13,321 nt of DNA, taken from an uncultured Fidelibacterota bacterium (GTDB taxonomy: Bacteria; Fidelibacterota; Marinisomatia; Marinisomatales; UBA1611). Shown here in pieces: positions 8,178-13,321 of the stretch. The number at the start of each line of letters is the position of its first letter. The first letter of the stretch is position 1. The notes under the pieces are model-generated. The model was not told the DNA's origin, did not search any database, and saw only the letters and a list, made by a program, of their open reading frames with translations. Position numbers and translations under genes: made by a program. The stretch covers positions 1 to 13,321 of the forward strand of contig CAJWHW010000035.1 of NCBI GenBank assembly GCA_913040915.1. Reading direction: 5' to 3'.

Positions 8178-9458
8178 TTAAACAGGCGCTGCGAGCCAAA
8201 GTCCAGTAAAAAGCAATAAACCAGTTACACTGTGCATAATTATTGTACCCCAATTTGCCGGTTCAAGTAATCTGTCATTATAATACTTGTATAAGGTTTG
8301 AATAGAAGTCACGCCAAAGTACGAAGCTAATAAGGTAATTAAGATTAATGAAGGGAAAGTACCATTCAGTACCAGAAAAACTATACTTAAGAAAGCACCT
8401 GAGACCAGTGCCACATAACCTGCCCTCGCTTTCTCTGGACCAAATACAACAATTAGAGTATTTTTGCCTGTAGCTTTATCACTGTCATGATCAGGAAATT
8501 CGTTAATATAAACAACAGCAGCTATTAAAAACCCCAGCGGGATTCCCGCTAAAAATGCTTCAGGCAACAGTTGTCCAGTTTGCACTAATGTACTGCCGGC
8601 AACCATCAATGGACCGAAATTGAGTCCTATTAATAACTCCCCCATACCTTTCCGCGATGCGAATCTAAATGGAGGAGCAGTATAAAATAAACCTGATAAA
8701 AAACCAATTAAACCCAACCATAAAATTGGCATACCCGCTTTCTGTATTAACGGAATACCTACCAACACACTTAAAGCAAAAACGGTAATTGATAAATTTC
8801 TTACACCATATGGAGAAATAAGTCCCATCTGAATGCCTCTACTACCACCGTTAAGACCTTTATTACTATAATTATAGTTTAGATTATCTGTCCCACTTAA
8901 GTGATCAAAATAGTCATTTGAAGTGTTTGTCCCAATGTGCAGTAGAGAGCCGCCTAATAAGGTTACACCTAACCAGTACCAATCAACCGTATAACCTAAA
9001 AATTTTGCAACCGCTGCGCCCACTAAAATTGGCATTATTGTTGCTGATAAAAATGGGAGGCGCATAATCACAACCCATGTAAATATTTGTGTCATAAAAT
9101 TTATTTTTGGTCTTACCTGCTCGGATGTTTTGTCATCTAGCTTAGTAGTCACACCACAGTATCCTATATGTTCACCATTTTTGTCTTTTGTAGGGGTTAT
9201 TTTAATTTTTGCAGGAAATTCGCTACCATCTTTCTTCAGAAAGGTTGTCTCACCTTCCCACTTACCATTTTTAACTGATTCATCTAACCAGCCGATCACA
9301 TGACCTAAAACGACCTGTCCATCACTAAAATCACTGACTCTCATCTTCCCAATAACTTCGTCTTCGCTGTAACCAAATAATTGTTCAGCGCCTTCACTGA
9401 AGGTTTCCACTTTTCCATCTAAATCGCATGTTATAATACTTTTTAAACCTTTACTCAT
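8178..9458 (-). CDS. menA: PAS domain fused to MenA-type (1,4-dihydroxy-2-naphthoate) UbiA-family prenyltransferase
   Basis: aa ~1-107 PAS/PAC (IITCDLDGKV..FSEGAEQLFGYSEDEVIGK..KKDGSEFP). aa ~125-426 multi-TM MenA with RLPFL, NDYFDHLSGTD, GGSR, YTAPP, GMGE and NEFPDHDSDKATGKNTL. One continuous frame. Confidence 0.85.
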   Translation of the reverse strand: MSKGLKSIITCDLDGKVETFSEGAEQLFGYSEDEVIGKMRVSDFSDGQVVLGHVIGWLDESVKNGKWEGETTFLKKDGSEFPAKIKITPTKDKNGEHIGYCGVTTKLDDKTSEQVRPKINFMTQIFTWVVIMRLPFLSATIMPILVGAAVAKFLGYTVDWYWLGVTLLGGSLLHIGTNTSNDYFDHLSGTDNLNYNYSNKGLNGGSRGIQMGLISPYGVRNLSITVFALSVLVGIPLIQKAGMPILWLGLIGFLSGLFYTAPPFRFASRKGMGELLIGLNFGPLMVAGSTLVQTGQLLPEAFLAGIPLGFLIAAVVYINEFPDHDSDKATGKNTLIVVFGPEKARAGYVALVSGAFLSIVFLVLNGTFPSLILITLLASYFGVTSIQTLYKYYNDRLLEPANWGTIIMHSVTGLLLFTGLWLAAPV

Positions 9459-9475
9459 TATGCCCTTTATGCCCT
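9458..9475 (-). repeat. 9-bp tandem duplication (AGGGCATAA x2) spanning the RBS of PAS-menA
   Basis: Plus-strand TTATGCCCT at 9458-9466 and 9467-9475; the minus strand reads AAAAAGGGCATAAAGGGCATAATG. Confidence 0.7.
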
Positions 9476-9617
9476 TTTTCTAGTTATATTTAAGTTGAAT
9501 TTACAAATGCATTGCACTTAAAATTAAAATGAAAATTACAGTAAGTAAAAAATTGAGCTACTTTGTGTTGTACCTAGCTTATAATTTTTACCATTATGGT
9601 AAATACCAAAAATCAAT

Positions 9618-9848
9618 TTAGCTTGAATTTTCCTTAATTAGTTTTTCAATTTCCCTCTCATCAGGAAATCTTTTTAACTCCTTTTTTGAAAAAATAAGAT
9701 TCCCATCTAATGATACTTCATAGACACCGCCGCCACTGGAAATTAAATTTGTTTCAATACCCGGAAATTTTGATTTGAGTTCTTCTTCCAAACTGGAAGC
9801 CCGAGGTAGATAGTTTCACATACTGCAATATTCGATAGATACTTTCAT
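9618..9848 (-). CDS. Rdx family (SelW/SelT/SelH-like) selenoprotein, 76 aa, CxxU motif
   Basis: Hand translation: MKVSIEYCSM-U(TGA 9818-9816)-NYLPRASSLEEELKSKFPGIETNLISSGGGVYEVSLDGNLIFSKKELKRFPDEREIEKLIKENSS-TAA. Rdx motifs IEYCxxU, GxxEV, LIFSK and RFP lie on both sides of the TGA. SD AGGGA at 9858-9854. Confidence 0.92.
9785..9799 (-). promoter_or_regulatory. Candidate bacterial SECIS hairpin of the Rdx gene
   Basis: CUUCCA-GUU-UGGAAG: 6-bp stem with a G-first apical loop beginning 22 nt after the UGA. Confidence 0.7.
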
Positions 9849-9849
9849 T

Positions 9850-10350
9850 TTATTCCCTAATTGATACTTTTTCAAATGTTTTTAAAACATCTAACGGGTG
9901 TGAATTTAAATTCACATCATTGAATATTCGAACTAGTATCCCATTTTCATCAATCAAAAATGTTTTTCTGGAAGGAAATAAAAATTTATTTACACCGTAT
10001 TTTTTACCGACAATTTTATCTGAATCCGATAGAAAATTAAATGGAATTCTATATTTTTCACGAAATGATTTTAAAGATTTCTTTGAATCATAACTGATTC
10101 CTATAACTGCAATATTTATTGATTTATATTTTTCAGATTCATCCCGGAATCCACATGCCTGCTTAACTCATCCAGGCGTATCCGCTTTGGGGAAAAAATA
10201 TACTACTAGTTTTTGACCTTTATAATCCGATAAGGAATGAAAATTGCCATCTTGGTCTTGGAGATTAAAATCTGGTGCAGGTTTTCCTATTGTTGGCGGT
10301 TTCCCAAAAAGCGACATGAATAACAACCCATTAATTAAAAAAAATTTCAT
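9850..10350 (-). CDS. bcp: Selenocysteine-containing peroxiredoxin, BCP/PrxQ subfamily, 166 aa
   Basis: The track ORF stops at FFPKADTPG-TGA (10170-10168), exactly at the peroxidatic Cys of PxxxTxxC. The frame continues VKQACGFRD..VIGISYD..FLSDSD..YGV..SRKTFLIDENG..HPLDVL to TAA at 9852-9850. Alternative start ATG at 10317. Confidence 0.93.
10134..10153 (-). promoter_or_regulatory. Candidate bacterial SECIS hairpin of the bcp gene
   Basis: UGGAUUC-CGGGAU-GAAUCUG: 7-bp stem (2 GU pairs), loop with G at position 2, beginning 21 nt after the UGA. Confidence 0.65.
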
Positions 10351-10503
10351 GAAATTTGATCATCAACAGCAATAACTGCCTGACCCATAAATTATCAACT
10401 ATATATTTTCTTTATTTATAAAAAAGTAAATCAAAGATTTATTTAAATATTTCAAGTGTTAAAATAATCAAGTTGTTTATAGAATAGTATTAAATTTTAT
10501 CTT

Positions 10504-11484
10504 ATGAATTCATCTGATATACAATCTGTCGCCCAACGTGTATTTCAAATTGAATCTGAAGCTGTATCTCTGGTTGGTAAAAGATTAGATGAGCAGTTTG
10601 TATCTGCAGTCAATACAATTATGCATTGTAAAGGACGTCTGATTATATCGGGGATGGGTAAATCCGGTCTAATTTCGCAAAAAATAGCGTCGACCATGGC
10701 ATCAACAGGAACGCCTTCCCACTTTGTCCATCCTGGGGAAGCAACCCATGGTGACTTGGGTATGATCACAAAAGATGATGTTGTATTAATTGTTTCCAAT
10801 AGCGGTGAGACTATGGAATTGATTCAAATTATACCCGCATTACATAAAAAAGGTGTAACCATTATCGGCTTGATCGGCAGACAACATTCCACTTTATCTG
10901 AAAAAGCGGATATTTATTTGGATACATCCGTAGAAAAAGAAGCTTGTACTTTGGATCTTGCCCCCACAGCAAGCACCACAGCTACCTTAGCAATGGGCGA
11001 TGCGTTGGCTGTTTCATTACTGGAATTTCGTGGATTCAATAAAGAAGATTTTGCAGAGCTCCATCCTGGTGGCATGCTGGGAAAACGGTTGCTGCTTACA
11101 CTTGATCAATTGGTTCATTCCGGTGATACCATTCCCTTTGTGAATTCATCTGACAACGTTAAGGAAGCACTGTTAGTCATTTCAGAAAAAGGTCTAGGGA
11201 TGACTGGTGTATTGAATGATGAAAATGAAATGGTAGGTATCATTACGGATGGAGATATTCGACGAGGATTAGAAAAGGGAGGAAATGATTTATTTGAACA
11301 GACGGCAGATTACTTAATGTCTAAGAATCCTAAATGGGTTACTTCTGATACTCTCGCCCTTTCTGCATTGGAATTGATGGAAAAACATGCCATCACCAGT
11401 TTATTTGTTTATTCCAATCCAAAACTGAAAAAGCCCGATGGCATTGTTCATATTCACGATATATTAAAAACAGGGGTTCAATAA
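10504..11484 (+). CDS. kdsD: D-arabinose 5-phosphate isomerase, KpsF/GutQ family
   Basis: SIS domain (GMGKSG, STGTP, HPGEATHGDLG, SNSGET, EAC..LAPTAST, HPGG) plus two CBS domains (GIITDGDIRR, GIVHIHD). Confidence 0.95.
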   Translation: MNSSDIQSVAQRVFQIESEAVSLVGKRLDEQFVSAVNTIMHCKGRLIISGMGKSGLISQKIASTMASTGTPSHFVHPGEATHGDLGMITKDDVVLIVSNSGETMELIQIIPALHKKGVTIIGLIGRQHSTLSEKADIYLDTSVEKEACTLDLAPTASTTATLAMGDALAVSLLEFRGFNKEDFAELHPGGMLGKRLLLTLDQLVHSGDTIPFVNSSDNVKEALLVISEKGLGMTGVLNDENEMVGIITDGDIRRGLEKGGNDLFEQTADYLMSKNPKWVTSDTLALSALELMEKHAITSLFVYSNPKLKKPDGIVHIHDILKTGVQ

Positions 11485-11502
11485 CATTTAGTGAATTGGA
11501 TG

Positions 11503-12249
11503 CTAATAAAAATAAACTGAAAATCTTAGTTCTGACTTTACTGGATTAAACTCATATACCACCTTTTTCATATCACCTAAGTGTGATTTAGAAAAACCTA
11601 ATCCAAAGGCTGTACCAAGGCCAGCGGCAAAAACAACATCGCTTAAATAATGTTTATTATCCTGCAAACGATTCACAGCAGTAATTATAGCTAAACTATA
11701 AGTAGGTACTCCCCATTTCCATCCAAATAATTCTTTAAATATTGTAGCTGTGGCAAAACTGTGAGAAGTATGCCCTGATGGAAATGATCGATGGCTCGAT
11801 CCATTGGGCCGCTCTCTACCAATAATATCTTTCAATATAACAGTCACTAACCCATTTGTTCCAAGTGTAGCGAATGCATATTCAAATTTTTGCAATGAAT
11901 TTGATTGATATGACAGTATCCCGGATGCTGTTAGAACAAATATTCCTGAATAAAAATTTCCATAACGGTCACCAAAACGATTGATCGATTCCGGAAGTGG
12001 CTGGTTATTCAAAAACCAATCTTGCACACTATCATCCATTTGATAAGCGATGGCTGAACCAATACCACCTATAATAAGAATTCTTCTTCCAGGATTCTTG
12101 AAAACAGTATTTTGAATACCCTGAAATCCATTTTCAAAATTTCTATTTATGAATTCTTTCTCTTTACTATTTTGAGGTTTTACTATAGCAAGAATGCTGA
12201 AGAAAATAAAAATACTCAGCAGTGATTTATGTTTAAGTTTTAAATACAT
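11503..12249 (-). CDS. PAP2-family phosphatase
   Basis: Motifs KxxxxRxRP (LKDIIGRERP), SFPSGH and R-x5-H-x3-D (NRLQDNKHYLSDV). Start moved to ATG 12249 because the track start at 12285 collides with the cytochrome c start and RBS. Confidence 0.85.
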   Translation of the reverse strand: MYLKLKHKSLLSIFIFFSILAIVKPQNSKEKEFINRNFENGFQGIQNTVFKNPGRRILIIGGIGSAIAYQMDDSVQDWFLNNQPLPESINRFGDRYGNFYSGIFVLTASGILSYQSNSLQKFEYAFATLGTNGLVTVILKDIIGRERPNGSSHRSFPSGHTSHSFATATIFKELFGWKWGVPTYSLAIITAVNRLQDNKHYLSDVVFAAGLGTAFGLGFSKSHLGDMKKVVYEFNPVKSELRFSVYFY

Positions 12250-12283
12250 TTTACTATTACAGTTTGTAAAAATAAGGAAACTC

Positions 12284-12685
12284 ATGAAACGATCAATTTT
12301 ATTTTTAACACTTTTTCTAATGTTTGGATGCTCGGAAAGAGCCCCTGTAAATATCTATGAATCTGAAAAATTTAGAAATTTAACTCAGGAAGAAATTACC
12401 ATTGGTGAATCCATCTGGGTCACCACCTGTTTTCGTTGCCATATGTACGGTACCATGGGAGGTACATCAGTGAAAGATAAAGAACATTTTGACAAACTTG
12501 CAGCAAAAGGAATAGATCAATTATATAAAAGTGTATTGGAAGGTATTGAAGGTGAAGAAGGTGTGATGCCCCCTAAAGGAGCCTGCTATCCCTGTACCGA
12601 GGAGGAAATTGAATTGTCTGTTTACTATATCTTCCATTTAGCAAAAAAAGTACAGACTGAAATTGAACAAAAGGAGAAAAAATAA
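12284..12685 (+). CDS. Monoheme cytochrome c5-like lipoprotein, 133 aa
   Basis: SD AAGGA before ATG 12284; signal MKRSILFLTLFLMFG-C (lipobox-like); heme motif CFRCH; distal Met in MPPKG followed by the c5-type CxxC (CYPC). Confidence 0.85.
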   Translation: MKRSILFLTLFLMFGCSERAPVNIYESEKFRNLTQEEITIGESIWVTTCFRCHMYGTMGGTSVKDKEHFDKLAAKGIDQLYKSVLEGIEGEEGVMPPKGACYPCTEEEIELSVYYIFHLAKKVQTEIEQKEKK

Positions 12686-12750
12686 TACTTTGTACATTAA
12701 ATTAACATTTTTTAGCAGATAGCCAAATAACCAGATTAATTTTATTATTA

Positions 12751-13321
12751 TTAAGCTTGTTCAATTTTATAAACCATGATTCCATCAAATTTGGAATTTC
12801 CATTCTTGTTTAAATATTCAATTAAATTTACATCGATAGTTTTACCCTCTTCCTGCGATGCATGAATCAAATATTTTTGGTCAATTAAATATCCTTCATG
12901 GGCAATTACAATTCCCATTTTAAAATAACTGCGCTTTACAAAAGCAATACCACAAACACTTGGTAAAGTTTTCAATAATTCTTCCGTGACATTTCTAGTT
13001 GGCAAATATTGAATCTCTACTTTGGGAGACCAATCAAGCTCAAGAAACTCTGAGCCGTCTTCTTTCTTATTTAGTTCAATTTTGACTATTTCTTTTGATT
13101 CTGTAGAACTAATTACTGGAGTAATATCTATAGTGCGACTATGATTTAAGATCCTATCTGAAGTATAATGCCATCTAGACTTATAGGTTGGTTTTTTTAC
13201 ACCATTTTCATCCATTTTATAATGAATATCGACCATCACATCCCGGGCATTTTGCCACGTATAACTTTCTGCAAATGCTAATGTGGTTAAAACATGTACA
13301 GTGCAATCTGAAGTATCAAAT
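12751..13321 (-). CDS. DUF1460 / N-acetylmuramoyl-L-alanine amidase-like NlpC/P60 protein, 3' part (starts beyond the right edge)
   Basis: The frame is open to the window edge: FDTSDCTVHVLTTLAFA..YKSRWHYTSD..AHEG..LIHAS, consistent with the Cys-His-His pattern of DUF1460. Confidence 0.75.
   Translation of the reverse strand, partial: FDTSDCTVHVLTTLAFAESYTWQNARDVMVDIHYKMDENGVKKPTYKSRWHYTSDRILNHSRTIDITPVISSTESKEIVKIELNKKEDGSEFLELDWSPKVEIQYLPTRNVTEELLKTLPSVCGIAFVKRSYFKMGIVIAHEGYLIDQKYLIHASQEEGKTIDVNLIEYLNKNGNSKFDGIMVYKIEQA

Noticed and set aside
9156..9428. Regulatory disulfide between PAS Cys11 and Cys101
   Set aside because: They lie on neighbouring strands, but my by-eye register against a LOV/PAS template puts them on opposite faces of the sheet. 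A structural model is needed.
9535..9547. Further TTAC/GTAA sites (TTACAGTAAGTAA here; TTACAGTTTGTAA near 12257-12269) as LexA boxes
   Set aside because: Spacers differ from N2, and such words are common in AT-rich DNA.
10168..10350. 60-aa ORF read as a truncated bcp pseudogene
   Set aside because: The stop is TGA at the catalytic Cys, the frame continues intact for 105 more codons, and a SECIS-like hairpin follows. Selenocysteine explains this better.
9618..10350. Alternative genetic code (UGA = Trp/Gly)
   Set aside because: In-frame TGA appears only at redox-Cys positions, the long genes are open in the standard code and use TGG for Trp, and galM ends in TGA.
10545..10799. 84-aa minus-strand ORF
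   Set aside because: Antisense shadow of kdsD.
12194..12283. Track N-terminal extension of the cytochrome c
   Set aside because: It overlaps the PAP2 gene; ATG 12284 has an SD and gives a clean lipoprotein signal.

Overview
AT-rich bacterial chromosomal window. The gene style and content resemble marine FCB-group/Marinimicrobia genomes, but this cannot be proven from the sequence. Left to right: partial citrate lyase beta-like gene, galM, an eroded galK remnant, a signal-peptide-bearing formylglycine-generating enzyme, a lexA-imuB-dnaE2 mutagenesis cassette, a PAS-MenA prenyltransferase fusion, two adjacent selenoprotein genes, kdsD, a PAP2 phosphatase, a lipoprotein cytochrome c5 and a partial DUF1460 amidase. 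The ORF track truncates one selenoprotein and misses the other: a BCP/PrxQ peroxiredoxin (TPGU) and an Rdx/SelW-like protein (CxxU), each with a SECIS-like hairpin 21-22 nt after the UGA. The cassette is preceded by an uncalled 48-aa ORF and a tandem TTAC-N2-GTAA candidate SOS operator. Most noteworthy are the Sec-BCP/Sec-Rdx pair next to the PAS-MenA fusion, and the candidate new LexA box.
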